Shown: positions 1-10,014 of the stretch, piece by piece | Numbering within the stretch: position 1 is the stretch's first letter | Layout of the letters: each line of letters begins with the position of its first letter | From: Candidatus Poseidoniaceae archaeon | GTDB lineage: Archaea > Thermoplasmatota > Poseidoniia > Poseidoniales > Poseidoniaceae | Assembly: GCA_949373095.1 (NCBI GenBank) | Contig: CASIBY010000007.1 | Location: forward strand, 20,087 to 84,086 | Reading direction: 5' to 3' | Length of the DNA: 64,000 bases | The notes under the pieces: model-generated | What the model was told of the DNA's origin: nothing | The model's input: only the letters and a program-made list of their open reading frames with translations | Database searches by the model: none | Position numbers and translations under genes: made by a program

Positions 1-453
1 CAAGACAAATGCCCGAACACACCAGCAGGTTCAGCCACAGATGGTGACGGATGTTCATCCAAACAACGAGCAGAATTACTCGACGATAGTGGAGAGGATA
101 CCTCAGCAGAATCCGGCGAGACTTTCTTCCTTGGGTTGATGATCGGTGCACTCATTCTTTCGGGAGGAGCTTATGTTATTCTTCAAAACAAACGAACTGA
201 TTCTGAAGACATCAAGGATAGCATTACTGCCGAATCCTTCGCCATGGCTCAAATCATGCCTGAAGGAGAGGCTGCGTCATGGGAAGCACCTGTTTTGGAT
301 GCATCAGGGCCGACGATTACACCAGAAATGATGGCATTGGTTCCTGGCTGGACTCAAGACATGGTGAAGGATTATCTTCTCCAAGGATGGACAATGGACC
401 AACTCTCGAAATATTATCAAGAACAGGTTGTTCAACACGGTCAAACAGAATAA
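1..453 (+). CDS. C-terminal part of a larger protein (open at the window edge); Cys/Asp-rich segment, then a predicted TM helix and an ~70-aa tail
   Basis: The reading frame is open from position 1 (QDKCPNTPAGSATDGDGCSS...) with no upstream stop. A hydrophobic stretch FFLGLMIGALILSGGAYVIL is followed by KR. The ATG at 136 listed by the ORF track is internal. Confidence 0.4.
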   Translation, partial: QDKCPNTPAGSATDGDGCSSKQRAELLDDSGEDTSAESGETFFLGLMIGALILSGGAYVILQNKRTDSEDIKDSITAESFAMAQIMPEGEAASWEAPVLDASGPTITPEMMALVPGWTQDMVKDYLLQGWTMDQLSKYYQEQVVQHGQTE

Positions 454-1249
454 CATTCAAACGGGACCGAGTGGACCATTCATCATGGCCATCACGTATC
501 GAAGTAGTAATCCTGTCCTCAACAACAAATTCATGGCAGCACTTACCGGTGTTGAGACCATGAGTCTACAAGGTAGCCTGCGAAAAATTGGTTTGCTTCT
601 AACCTTGACCATCGTTTCTGCATTTGCAACCGCTATAGTTTGTTTGAATGCTGGCGAAAACATGTTCCTCTATGCTGGCATATTCACTGTTGTCGGTGCC
701 ATTTTTGGCTTCATCCTAGCCATTATTACGTTTGTAAGTCGTCCACAAAATCCTGCGGCTTTGATGAGTCTTTATGCACTTTTTCAAGGTATGCTGGTCG
801 GTGGCATGTCACTTGTTCTGGAGACACAATATCCAGGAATTGTACTCCAGGCAGCCTTTGGAACCGTAGGAATTACCGCTACAATGTACGTCATGTATTC
901 ATCCCGAATCATCCGCCCAACACCGATGTTCAACAAGGTCATTGGGGGACTTGTGATGAGTATCATGTTCCTCTACCTAACATCCTTTATTCTTGGAATG
1001 TTTTCCGGGTATGATGTACCCTTCCTCCACAGTTCAGGACCGATTGGAATAGGCCTTACTCTGTTTATTTTGGTAGTTGCCTCTCTCACACTCATCAGTG
1101 ACTTTGGATTTATTGAAGCGGGAGTTAAGAACGGTGCTCCGAAGAATATGGAATGGTATGCTGCATTTGGCATCCTCGTCTCACTCATTTGGATTTACAT
1201 TGAATCGCTAAGACTCCTTTCCAAGATCCGAACCTTCATTCAGGAATGA
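428..1249 (+). CDS. Bax inhibitor-1/YccA-family (UPF0005) integral membrane protein
   Basis: About seven hydrophobic helices. Composition and spacing are typical of the BI-1/YccA family (…LYALFQGMLVGG…YSSRIIRPTP…). The true start may be an internal Met (~482). Confidence 0.5.
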   Translation: MFNTVKQNNIQTGPSGPFIMAITYRSSNPVLNNKFMAALTGVETMSLQGSLRKIGLLLTLTIVSAFATAIVCLNAGENMFLYAGIFTVVGAIFGFILAIITFVSRPQNPAALMSLYALFQGMLVGGMSLVLETQYPGIVLQAAFGTVGITATMYVMYSSRIIRPTPMFNKVIGGLVMSIMFLYLTSFILGMFSGYDVPFLHSSGPIGIGLTLFILVVASLTLISDFGFIEAGVKNGAPKNMEWYAAFGILVSLIWIYIESLRLLSKIRTFIQE

Positions 1250-1256
1250 GACAATT

Positions 1257-2204
1257 ATGGCGAGGGAAATTCCAACCGTTGACTTCACCTTAGCTCAATC
1301 TTCTCAGGAAGACGAGCGGAAGGAGTTTGTTCGTCAAGTAGGAGATGCCCTCCACGACATCGGGTTTTTCGCACTCATAAACCACGGTATTGATACAGAA
1401 CTGATTATGGATGCATATGACCAGTGCGACCGTTTCTTTGAGTTGGATGATGTCACCAAGCGTTCGTATCTACTCCCACATATCGCCCACCAACGTGGAT
1501 ATACCGCATTCGGTGTTGAACATGCAAAGGACAACCCTGCACCCGATCTCAAAGAGTTCTGGCAGACTGGAAGGGCCTATCCAAGCGACGGCCCTGCACC
1601 AACCTATCCACAAAATGTATGGCCGAATCAGCACGCACCAGAGTTCCGAAATGTCATTGACCACCTCTACACCGACATGGAAGTGCTGTCAATGCGGTTG
1701 CTTGAAGCATGTTCACTTTACCTTGACATGCCTGCGGATTGGCTCCCAGACATGGCTGAACATGGAAATACCATCATGCGAATGATTCACTACCCCCCAC
1801 TTGACACTTCGATGCCCAAAGGTGCGGTTCGTTCTGCTGCGCATGAGGATATCAATTTCATCACACTCTTGGTGACCGCTACGGCTGATGGACTCGAAGT
1901 AATGGACCACGACGGTTCTTGGATTCAAGTCAAAGGAGACGAGAAGGCAATCATCGTTGACTCTGGAGACATGCTCCAAAACCTAACGAACGGATTGTTC
2001 CGTTCCGTTACCCACCGAGTCGTAAATCCCAAAGATTCCACTTCCCGCAGATATTCAATGCCGATGTTTGTCCATCCAAGAAACGAAATCGACCTTACGC
2101 CGCACTCTGATTTCGTAGGAAAAAATGGGGGAGTCGTAAACTATCAGAGTATCAAGGCCGGAGATTATCTCCAACAACGCCTCCGTGAAATTGGGCTAAT
2201 CTGA
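1257..2204 (+). CDS. 2-oxoglutarate/Fe(II)-dependent oxygenase (isopenicillin N synthase-like family)
   Basis: N-terminal DIOX_N-like region (VDFTL…FFALINHGI), an HxD…H facial triad context (HEDINFITLL…, THRVVNP) and the RYS motif near the C-terminus. Confidence 0.7.
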   Translation: MAREIPTVDFTLAQSSQEDERKEFVRQVGDALHDIGFFALINHGIDTELIMDAYDQCDRFFELDDVTKRSYLLPHIAHQRGYTAFGVEHAKDNPAPDLKEFWQTGRAYPSDGPAPTYPQNVWPNQHAPEFRNVIDHLYTDMEVLSMRLLEACSLYLDMPADWLPDMAEHGNTIMRMIHYPPLDTSMPKGAVRSAAHEDINFITLLVTATADGLEVMDHDGSWIQVKGDEKAIIVDSGDMLQNLTNGLFRSVTHRVVNPKDSTSRRYSMPMFVHPRNEIDLTPHSDFVGKNGGVVNYQSIKAGDYLQQRLREIGLI

Positions 2205-2213
2205 GGTTGAGAG

Positions 2214-3527
2214 ATGGACGTCGCCCAACTGATAGAATCTGTTGTGGCTAATCAAGGTCAAGACCACGCCCTTCTTGACGCATTTGTGAATGGAGTAGCA
2301 GATGGAGAAGTTGCTGTGGAAGACGCCACGGCGTGGCTCAAAGCCGTACACAGTTTCGGTTGCAGTGTGGAAGATACCGTCCAGCTCACAAAAACCATGA
2401 TCGCTTCTGGAGCCCAACTCAAGTGGGGAGATGGACCCCCTGTTGTCGATAAGCACAGCACTGGTGGAGTTGGTGACAAGATGTCATTGATGCTCGCACC
2501 GGCACTGGCGGCATGTGGACGCAGAGTACCCATGCTCGCTGGAAGAGGCCTTGGCCACACGGGTGGAACCATTGACAAATTGGAATCGATTCCTGGGTTC
2601 AATTGTAAACTTGACCCAGAGGAAATGAAAGCAGCAGTCAACGCCATTGGATGCTGTATTGCCGTGCAAAACGACGCTATTGCTCCTGCTGATGGAGTTC
2701 TATACGCAATACGAGATGTTACGGACACCGTAGATAGCGTTCCACTAATCACTGCATCAATCATCTCAAAGAAAGCAGCAGAGGGACTTGATGCCCTTGT
2801 TCTTGATGTGAAGTGCGGAAGCGGAGCCTTCATGAAAACACTGGCTCAAGCAGAGGAATTAGCCACGTCTATGGTACGAACTGCAAAGGGGCTCGGCATC
2901 AAAACTATTGCACAAATCACCTCCATGGAACAACCGATTGGCAGTCATGTTGGAAATTCGTTGGAAATTATTGAGAGTATCCAAGTCATGCAGGGAAAAG
3001 GCTCAGTTGATACCAGGAACCTTGTCATTCTTCAGGGAGGTGCACTTCTGGCTATGACTGAGGATGGGCTTAGCATAGAGGATGCAATCAAGCAAATTGA
3101 ACAATCACTTGACCGTGGTGATGCCCTTGAAGTATTCCGACTCATGTGCATTGGACAAGGAGTTCAGCCGGAACTTGCTTCTATCCTTGTCAAGGAACCC
3201 AAATCGGTCTTGCCGGTGAGTGAACATCAGACTACAGTTCTCTCACGTCAATTTGGACACGTTGGGGGTATTGACTCAATGGCTGCTGCACTGCTCGCCA
3301 AACAACATGGAGCTGGACGATATGCTCTTGAGGATGAGGTCGTTCCGGAAATTGGTTTCGTGTTCCATGTTGCGCAAGGGTCAACCATCGAAGAAAACCA
3401 ACCTCTACTAACCTTCCATCATAATCAAGAATTAACCGATAAGGAACATACAATCCTACAAAACCTCGTTGAAATGGTGAAAGTGTCAGTGCCGACCATT
3501 GAACGCTTGTTGTCAATCGTGGACTGA
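2214..3527 (+). CDS. deoA: thymidine/pyrimidine-nucleoside phosphorylase family protein
   Basis: The DKHSTGGVGDKMSLMLAPALAACG signature plus a glycosyltransferase family-3 fold. A length of 437 aa fits the thymidine phosphorylase type. Confidence 0.8.
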   Translation: MDVAQLIESVVANQGQDHALLDAFVNGVADGEVAVEDATAWLKAVHSFGCSVEDTVQLTKTMIASGAQLKWGDGPPVVDKHSTGGVGDKMSLMLAPALAACGRRVPMLAGRGLGHTGGTIDKLESIPGFNCKLDPEEMKAAVNAIGCCIAVQNDAIAPADGVLYAIRDVTDTVDSVPLITASIISKKAAEGLDALVLDVKCGSGAFMKTLAQAEELATSMVRTAKGLGIKTIAQITSMEQPIGSHVGNSLEIIESIQVMQGKGSVDTRNLVILQGGALLAMTEDGLSIEDAIKQIEQSLDRGDALEVFRLMCIGQGVQPELASILVKEPKSVLPVSEHQTTVLSRQFGHVGGIDSMAAALLAKQHGAGRYALEDEVVPEIGFVFHVAQGSTIEENQPLLTFHHNQELTDKEHTILQNLVEMVKVSVPTIERLLSIVD

Positions 3528-3570
3528 GGGTGGCGAAGCCGTCATAAAGGGGTGGCCTGTCGCCAACCTT

Positions 3571-3643
3571 GCCGATTTAGCTTAGCTGGTGGAGCGTGGG
3601 ACTGTTAATCCCAAGGTCGTGGGTTCGAGCCCCACAATCGGCG
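3571..3643 (+). tRNA. tRNA-Asn (anticodon GTT); CCA encoded at 3644-3646
   Basis: Manual cloverleaf fold: 7-bp acceptor stem gccgatt/aatcggc, D stem gctt/gagc, anticodon stem tggga/tccca with loop ctGTTaa, T arm gtggg-ttcgagc-cccac, discriminator G. Confidence 0.85.
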
Positions 3644-3667
3644 CCATGATTTTCAATTCAATGGGGA

Positions 3668-4639
3668 TTATTCCCATTCAATTGTACCAGGGGGCTTGTG
3701 CGTAATATCGTAAACAACTCGGTTCACAGCCCCTTTGACGGTGTTGGTAATCCGAGTGCTGATCTTCTGTAAAATACTGTGAGGTATTTCAGAATAACGA
3801 GCAGACATTCCATCTATCGACTGGACTGCACGTACAACAATAGTCTCACCATATGCACGAACGTCACCGTGGACACCTACGCTGCGAACTGGTAGAAGAG
3901 CAGCAAAGTACTGCCATGGAATTTCCATTTCACCACGCTCAGCAGCAGCTTCAAACTCTTCCTCGACAATTGCGCATGCTTCTCGCACAACGGCAACACG
4001 CTCTGGTGTAAGTTCGCCAAGCGTGCGGACAGCAAGGCCTGGCCCCGGGAAGGGTTGACGCTCAGCAACGTTAATCTCAAGATGGCGAGCGAGTTCACGA
4101 ACTTCATCCTTGTAGAGGTCACGTAGTGGCTCTACGACGGTCAGCGTCATGTCCTCTGGAAGACCACCAACATTGTGATGGGATTTGATGGTGTCACGAA
4201 CACCACCACCAGATTCAATCCAGTCCGGGGCAATGGTTCCCTGGACGAGATATTTTGCTCCGCATTTCTTTTGCTCATCTTCAAAAATACGAATAAATAA
4301 TTCACCGATGACCTTACGCTTTTGTTCTGGCTCAGTGACGTCTTTGAGCGCCTCAAAGTATCTGTCGGCAGCCCTCACTGTCACCAAATTGATACCCTGC
4401 TCTTCAAGGAGGGCTTCGATTTGCTCAGTCTCATCTTTCCTCATGAAACCCGTATCAACATATACACAGTGAAGCAAATCACCAACTGCTTGGCTTGCAA
4501 TAACTGCAGCCACTGTTGAATCAACTCCACCCGAGCAAGCGATAATAGCGATGTCGTCAATGGTAGATTTGAGGGATTCAATACTCTCTGAGATGAATTC
4601 CTCAGTGTCAAACATTTCAGGCACCGCCGTTGACATCAC
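3668..4639 (-). CDS. guaA: GMP synthase subunit B (ATP pyrophosphatase domain, archaeal split GuaA)
   Basis: PP-loop SGGVDSTVAA plus a conserved C-terminal GMP synthase dimerisation region. The ORF extends to 4849, but the likely start is MSTAVPEMFD at about 4639, which overlaps the purE stop. Confidence 0.8.
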   Translation of the reverse strand: MMSTAVPEMFDTEEFISESIESLKSTIDDIAIIACSGGVDSTVAAVIASQAVGDLLHCVYVDTGFMRKDETEQIEALLEEQGINLVTVRAADRYFEALKDVTEPEQKRKVIGELFIRIFEDEQKKCGAKYLVQGTIAPDWIESGGGVRDTIKSHHNVGGLPEDMTLTVVEPLRDLYKDEVRELARHLEINVAERQPFPGPGLAVRTLGELTPERVAVVREACAIVEEEFEAAAERGEMEIPWQYFAALLPVRSVGVHGDVRAYGETIVVRAVQSIDGMSARYSEIPHSILQKISTRITNTVKGAVNRVVYDITHKPPGTIEWE

Positions 4640-5123
4640 GGTCTTGGGCTTTAACTCGCTCAATTTGGTCCAATTTGTTTTGTTCCAAAGCTGCTGCATA
4701 TCTGGGGTGAATGAGTGCGAGCATCTGAACTGCAAGATATCCTGCATTGTCTCCACGGTCAACGCCAACGGTGGCCGCTGGGACACCAGGAGGCAACTGA
4801 GCAATGGAAAGAAGTGAATCGAATGGAACCTTTCCACCGCATGGGACACCGATGACAGGTTTGGTGGTCAGAGCCGCAACTGCACCAGGCAGAGCCGCTG
4901 CAAGTCCAGCCATAGCGACGAAGATTTGACATCCGTCATCCAAAGCATCTCCAACGATTTCTTCAACAAACTTTGGAGACCGGTGAGCGGAGGCAACACG
5001 CAATTGGTAAGGAACCTCAAACAGTTCCAAAATTTTAGTACACTTTTGAGCAATAGGTAGGTCCGAAGACGAGCCGAGTAGAATCGTTACATCCATGCTA
5101 CCCTGCCGGCGCGGGTGGTTCAT
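4617..5123 (-). CDS. purE: N5-carboxyaminoimidazole ribonucleotide mutase
   Basis: Typical PurE sequence (…ILLGSSSDLP…RVASAHRSP…GVPCGGK…). Confidence 0.8.
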   Translation of the reverse strand: MNHPRRQGSMDVTILLGSSSDLPIAQKCTKILELFEVPYQLRVASAHRSPKFVEEIVGDALDDGCQIFVAMAGLAAALPGAVAALTTKPVIGVPCGGKVPFDSLLSIAQLPPGVPAATVGVDRGDNAGYLAVQMLALIHPRYAAALEQNKLDQIERVKAQDRDVNGGA

Positions 5124-5157
5124 TTAGATGCCTCTTGATGATGACGGAAGAAATGCC

Positions 5158-5835
5158 TCATTCTTCGGCATCTTCACTGCGAGAAAATGTTGGGAAAGCG
5201 CCCCACTGAACGCCCCAATCGTCTTCAGAAAACGCTTCCCTTTTTGTAGCGAGAAGTTCAATGTTCAGGAACAACTGTTGCTCATTCTTACTGCCGAACA
5301 TGATGGCTGTTCTTTCACCGATTGTTTTTGAAGCCATGATACCACTTTTCCATCGAGCCGAAGCAATATCCCAACCTGTCATGCAATTCTTAACTTGAAC
5401 CAACTCTTTAGCATCCCATGGACGCTGGTACACCTCATGATCACAGGCTGCAAGGCCATTGAGAGATATGAATAGATAGGGTACTGAACCGATACAGAAT
5501 GCGTATCCAAGCCACCACCATTGGGAAAGTTCACCGAGGTAGAGAACAGCAAGAACGAACACTGAGACACCAAGAAGCACACCAGTGATTTGCACTTTGG
5601 AATCAAACTTACTTCCCTTACGCTGAGAATAACCACTGGCGAAGGTCAACAGCAGTAGGGCCTCACTTACTGCTAAAAGGACAAGTCTGAAGGATTCAAA
5701 TCTGTGGAATATCAGCATCATGCACATGAAACCAACTGGTAAAAGAGCCCAAGCGAATAAGAACAAGGTAGCGGTAAAGTCTGCTTTTGGAGGGATTGAA
5801 TCCCACCCATGGCGCTGACGTTCCTCCACGGACAT
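5158..5835 (-). CDS. hypothetical membrane protein (4 TM helices plus a soluble C-terminal domain)
   Basis: Long ORF downstream of gcvPB with four hydrophobic helices. No recognisable family. Confidence 0.4.
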   Translation of the reverse strand: MSVEERQRHGWDSIPPKADFTATLFLFAWALLPVGFMCMMLIFHRFESFRLVLLAVSEALLLLTFASGYSQRKGSKFDSKVQITGVLLGVSVFVLAVLYLGELSQWWWLGYAFCIGSVPYLFISLNGLAACDHEVYQRPWDAKELVQVKNCMTGWDIASARWKSGIMASKTIGERTAIMFGSKNEQQLFLNIELLATKREAFSEDDWGVQWGAFPTFSRSEDAEE

Positions 5836-5881
5836 ATGCCTTGCTGGGGAATTTTCACATTAGCACTTTCGCTTAAACTCT

Positions 5882-7498
5882 TCATTCATCAAAGGGATGA
5901 CGAAGGCAGAGGTTACGAGCAGCATAGACCTCATCAACACGACGGACGGGGGTTGTAGTTGGCGCAGCATGCAAGGTTTCAGCGTCGACCTTGAGGACTT
6001 CTGCAAAGTGCTGTGCGAACGTATCCAGAGTGTCCTTAGACTCCGTTTCTGTTGGTTCGATCATCATACATTCTGGGACAACCAATGGGAAGTAAACAGT
6101 AGGTGCCATGTAACCTCGGTCGAGAAGACCTTTTGCAACATCCATTGCGGATATTCCAAATTGTTCTTTTGCAGGTTGCATGGAAAGTGTGAATTCGTGC
6201 TTTGCTACATCGGTTTCTGCACCATCAACAAACAGATGGTCTACGCCCTCTTCACGAGCAGCTTTGTGGATTGCATACCGAAGGTAGTTTGCGTTCAAAA
6301 CTGCGTGCTCGGACATGGTGGTTAATCCTGAGCCGTAGCGACGGTAATAAGCCCAGCAGCGGATGACTGCTCCCGCATTCCCATGCCATTGCTGAACCTT
6401 ACCGATGCTGTGGACTGGTTCTCTCCAGTGGTACCAGAATTCATCCACAGCAGTAGATTGCTCTCCAGCAGTTGGAGTGCGCCGGTCAGCCAGTGGACCC
6501 GGTAGGAATTCAGCGAGATGGGCTTTGACTCCAATTGGTCCAGAACCTGGGCCTCCACCGCCGTGTGGCTGGGAGAAGGTTTTGTGGAGGTTGAAGTGAA
6601 CCGCATCAAAGCCCATCAATCCGGGGGAAGTAATTCCAAGAATAGCGTTAAAATTCGCTCCATCATAGTACATTTGACCGCCTGCATCGTGGACGATTTT
6701 ACTCGCTTCAGAGATGTCAGCTTCAAACAGACCTAGCGTATTTGGATTTGTAATCATCATTGCTGCTGTGGTTTCATCAGCTACCGCACGAAGTGCATCA
6801 AGGTCGATACGACCATCAACACGACTTGGTATTTCCACGATTTCAAATCCGGCCATAGCCGCACTTGCAGGGTTTGTACCATGTGCTGAATCAGGAACGA
6901 TGACCTTCGTTCTTTTTGTGTCCCCTTTCAGTCGGAAGTACTCTTGGATGCAGCGAACTGCTGTGAATTCACCTTGAGCACCAGCGACCGGTTGGAGCGT
7001 AACTTGGTCCATTCCAGCACAGACTTCGAGCATGTGTTGCATCTCGTAATAGATGGAGAGGAGTCCTTGTAGATGATGTTCAGGCTGATGAGGATGGATG
7101 TCTGCGATGCCAGGGAGTTGTGCAATTACTTCGTTCACACGAGGGTTGTGCTTCATCGTGCAGGAGCCGAGCGGATAGAATCCAGTATCAATTCCAAAGT
7201 TCCTCTTTGAGAGCCATGTGTAATGACGCACCATCTCTGGTTCAGAAAGACGAGGCCAACGTGCTCGCTGGCGGCGAACGAGTCCTTTGGGAATGGAAGG
7301 TTTTGTTGCTGTTTCAATGCTCGGGGGTTGACTGTAACCGGTGTTTGGAGCCCCATTGTGGTTGAAAAGATGACTCAAGCACTCACCCCCTGATGGCTTG
7401 TCCACATTGATAATTGAGCCGATAAGGCTTCGATATCTTGCTGTGTGGTTTGGTCTGTTGTCGTGATGAGAATTTGGTTGGTGATGGATGGATACCAC
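5882..7498 (-). CDS. gcvPB: glycine dehydrogenase (decarboxylating) subunit 2
   Basis: The HLNLHKTFSQPHGGGGPG PLP-lysine region. The N-terminal region matches the GcvPB consensus (…LPEVSEPEVVRHY…), but the start is uncertain because it lies where the ORF overlaps the gcvPA 3' end. Confidence 0.85.
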   Translation of the reverse strand: MVSIHHQPNSHHDNRPNHTARYRSLIGSIINVDKPSGGECLSHLFNHNGAPNTGYSQPPSIETATKPSIPKGLVRRQRARWPRLSEPEMVRHYTWLSKRNFGIDTGFYPLGSCTMKHNPRVNEVIAQLPGIADIHPHQPEHHLQGLLSIYYEMQHMLEVCAGMDQVTLQPVAGAQGEFTAVRCIQEYFRLKGDTKRTKVIVPDSAHGTNPASAAMAGFEIVEIPSRVDGRIDLDALRAVADETTAAMMITNPNTLGLFEADISEASKIVHDAGGQMYYDGANFNAILGITSPGLMGFDAVHFNLHKTFSQPHGGGGPGSGPIGVKAHLAEFLPGPLADRRTPTAGEQSTAVDEFWYHWREPVHSIGKVQQWHGNAGAVIRCWAYYRRYGSGLTTMSEHAVLNANYLRYAIHKAAREEGVDHLFVDGAETDVAKHEFTLSMQPAKEQFGISAMDVAKGLLDRGYMAPTVYFPLVVPECMMIEPTETESKDTLDTFAQHFAEVLKVDAETLHAAPTTTPVRRVDEVYAARNLCLRHPFDE

Positions 7499-8844
7499 CG
7501 CCCAAGGTCAAATCCACCAATAATTCCATTATCGTCAAGATAGGCAAGACAGGCTTCAGCTGAACCTTCAATTTCAATTGCGAATTCGTTGAAGTGGGGG
7601 GCGTCGTGAACAATTCTAACACCTGGAGTTTCAACCAGCACTTCCTTTGCTTTTTGGCAGGCAGCAGCGTTACGATAGGCCAAATCATGCAACCCATCTG
7701 GGCCGAGCAGAGCCATGTGCATGGCGCCCATCAAGGCAATGAGAGTCTCGTTTGTACAGATGTTTGAGGTTGCACGGTGGCGACGGATATGTTGCTCTCG
7801 AGTTGAAAGAGTAAGACAGTATGCTTCTTTTCCGTCAACATCTACAGACCGGCCTACGATTCGACCTGGCATCAAACGGAGGTAGGGTTTGCTACAAGCG
7901 AAGATACCGTAGAGTGGACCGCCTGCAGTCACAGGGCTTCCAAGCGGTTGACCTTCGCCCACCACGATATCTGCTCCATAATGGCCTGGCGCTTCTACCA
8001 TTCCGAGTGAAACGGGCTGGACTCCAACGATAAGGGCAGTATGTTCGCCTATAATCTCCTTTGTTTTAGTTAGGCCTTCATCCAGCACGCCAAGGGGGTT
8101 TGGTTGTTCAAGGTATACTCCACATGAACCAGCAGCCGTCTTCAAGGAGTCAAGATTGAGTGTTCCATCAGCGTTATGTTTCAATGTCTTGATGGTGATC
8201 TCAGCACCTTGGCAGTAATTTTCCATCACCGACATTTTGTCGGGTGAGGTCAATGATGAAACATATACAGTGTTGGGTTGGCTTGCTTTTCTACTGTGAA
8301 CTCGAACAGCGCAGGTCAAGGCTTCAGCGGCCGCAGTAGAGCCGTCATAGAGTGATAGATTGGCGATTGGGAGCCCGACCAACTCAGAGATAAGAGATTG
8401 GAATTCCCACATTGCCTGAAGCATACCTTGACTCACTTCGGGCTGGTAAGGAGTATAGGCAGTCAAAAATTCACCACGAGTTACAAGCTGAAATACGGAT
8501 GCTGGAATGTAGTTTCGGTACAACCCTGCTCCCAAAAAGGAAGTACGACTGCCCATAGAAATGTTAGCTCCAAGAATGCGACGAGCGTCACTAAGAATCT
8601 CTTCTTCAGACTGCGGAGGGCGAAGCGGAAGGGGACCTTTGAACCTCACTTCATCGGGAATATCAGAAAACAAATCTTCCATATCCTGGAGACCCATTGC
8701 CTTCAACATCTCATCTTCTCGGCCAAGGTTTGGAAGTTGGTCAACCATTGCAATCACCTCACCCTGCGGGTGTATGATGAAATCCATGCGCGTCCCGCTC
8801 ATAATGCATTGCTTTGGCCCACATGGGTCAGGGGAACACCTCAT
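7375..8844 (-). CDS. gcvPA: glycine dehydrogenase (decarboxylating) subunit 1
   Basis: Typical GcvPA sequence. The likely true start is an internal Met (MVDQLPNLGREDEMLKAMG…EDLFSDIP, ~8748) or MDFII (~8787). Confidence 0.85.
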   Translation of the reverse strand: MRCSPDPCGPKQCIMSGTRMDFIIHPQGEVIAMVDQLPNLGREDEMLKAMGLQDMEDLFSDIPDEVRFKGPLPLRPPQSEEEILSDARRILGANISMGSRTSFLGAGLYRNYIPASVFQLVTRGEFLTAYTPYQPEVSQGMLQAMWEFQSLISELVGLPIANLSLYDGSTAAAEALTCAVRVHSRKASQPNTVYVSSLTSPDKMSVMENYCQGAEITIKTLKHNADGTLNLDSLKTAAGSCGVYLEQPNPLGVLDEGLTKTKEIIGEHTALIVGVQPVSLGMVEAPGHYGADIVVGEGQPLGSPVTAGGPLYGIFACSKPYLRLMPGRIVGRSVDVDGKEAYCLTLSTREQHIRRHRATSNICTNETLIALMGAMHMALLGPDGLHDLAYRNAAACQKAKEVLVETPGVRIVHDAPHFNEFAIEIEGSAEACLAYLDDNGIIGGFDLGRWYPSITNQILITTTDQTTQQDIEALSAQLSMWTSHQGVSA

Positions 8845-8868
8845 GGCGGTGGACGGTCTCGCAAAGTC

Positions 8869-10014
8869 ATGGTCCGAGTAGCGATGGTAGTGACCAATCC
8901 GTGTGCCCCAGACCCGAGAGTTTTACGTCACGCCAGTTGGCTCGCCAAAGCGGGATACAGAGTCACAGTCCACGCATTTGACCGAACGGAATCCCACCCC
9001 TTGAGTGAAAACATCGACGGTGTCAGAATCATGCGGTATCGCGTTGGCAAGGTCCCCTATGGAGGGAGCATATCAACGCTCATAGGTCTGAAGAAATTCA
9101 CTCAACAAGTTCGAGATACACTCCTCCACGACCCCCCAGGATTGGTGTACTGCCACGATGCAGATACCCTCAAAATTGGAACTGTTCTAAAGCGTACTAA
9201 ATCAGTGCCGTTTGTATTTGATATGCACGACCTTCAACACACCTGGGTTCGTATGGAATCTCCGAATTCCTTGCCTAGAACCCTTGTTAGTCGCAGATTC
9301 AAGCAGAAGATGCTGAACCGTGCAAAACATGCTGAATGCATCATCACATCAAGCGGATGTATTGATGGAGGCACTCAACGAGGATTCGTAGAATGGCTTG
9401 CTCACCACGGCCTTGTGGGAGAGGTTGTGGAAAATCGTCCGATGCCACCTTTCCCTGAACCATCACCGAGGGCCACTGAGGGATGGACTGTTGGGTATCT
9501 TGGTCGGATTCGGGACGTGAGATCGTTTGAATTACTTCTCCGAAGCATCAAGCAATTGCCCGTTTTGGAACGGCCCAAACTCAGAATTGCCGGGGATGGC
9601 ACAGCAGCACCAAAAGTCCGACGAATGATGATGGACGCTGTGGAGGCTGGAGAGATTGAAGCGACGATAACCGGGGCTTTCACGAGCAAGGAGTTTGGAG
9701 AAATCATCCAAGAAATTAACGTGATGTACGCAATGTATTCTCCTCTTAGAGGAAACATTATCCAAGGTGCAATCCCAGTCAAAATGTTCGATGCTGCTGC
9801 CCATGGAGTGCCAAGTGTCGTGAACGATGGTTGCTTGATGGGTGAATTAGCAACGTTAGAAACAATGGGCATCTCAGCAGCATGGGGTGACCTAGATTCA
9901 GTAAAAAATGCCCTGGTAAAGGCCAATGGAATGAGCGTTGGATTGAATCATACTGGAGAACGTGAACAGCTGCGGTGGATGGCGGCAATGGATCCTGTTC
10001 TTAGTCCACTTTAG
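8869..10014 (+). CDS. glycosyltransferase (GT4/GT-B fold-like)
   Basis: A 381-codon open frame starting at MVRVAMVVTNP, with a Rossmann-like N-terminal half and a C-terminal half resembling GT4 (…IAGDG…GAIPVKMFDAAAHGVPSVV…). It lies antisense between gcvT and gcvPA. The upstream 150 codons of the ORF-track frame overlap gcvPA and are treated as non-coding. Confidence 0.5.
   Translation: MVRVAMVVTNPCAPDPRVLRHASWLAKAGYRVTVHAFDRTESHPLSENIDGVRIMRYRVGKVPYGGSISTLIGLKKFTQQVRDTLLHDPPGLVYCHDADTLKIGTVLKRTKSVPFVFDMHDLQHTWVRMESPNSLPRTLVSRRFKQKMLNRAKHAECIITSSGCIDGGTQRGFVEWLAHHGLVGEVVENRPMPPFPEPSPRATEGWTVGYLGRIRDVRSFELLLRSIKQLPVLERPKLRIAGDGTAAPKVRRMMMDAVEAGEIEATITGAFTSKEFGEIIQEINVMYAMYSPLRGNIIQGAIPVKMFDAAAHGVPSVVNDGCLMGELATLETMGISAAWGDLDSVKNALVKANGMSVGLNHTGEREQLRWMAAMDPVLSPL

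Noticed and set aside
136-453. Treating 136..453 as a complete 105-aa gene
   Set aside because: The same frame is open all the way to position 1 with protein-like sequence (Cys/Asp-rich, then a TM helix), so it is the 3' end of a gene starting upstream of the window.
2258-2833. 191-aa minus-strand ORF inside the thymidine phosphorylase gene, and similar antisense ORFs elsewhere (for example 9402..9926, 27665..28678, 38246..38599, 55182..55727, 56344..56628)
   Set aside because: Each lies entirely antisense to a gene with clear family signatures. Their translations are low-complexity Ser/Pro/Arg-rich, as expected for shadow ORFs.
8398-8868. N-terminal 157 codons of the ORF-track entry 8398..10014
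   Set aside because: This part is antisense to the well-supported gcvPA gene and has no protein-like features. The glycosyltransferase-like part begins at the internal ATG at 8869, just beyond the gcvPA start.
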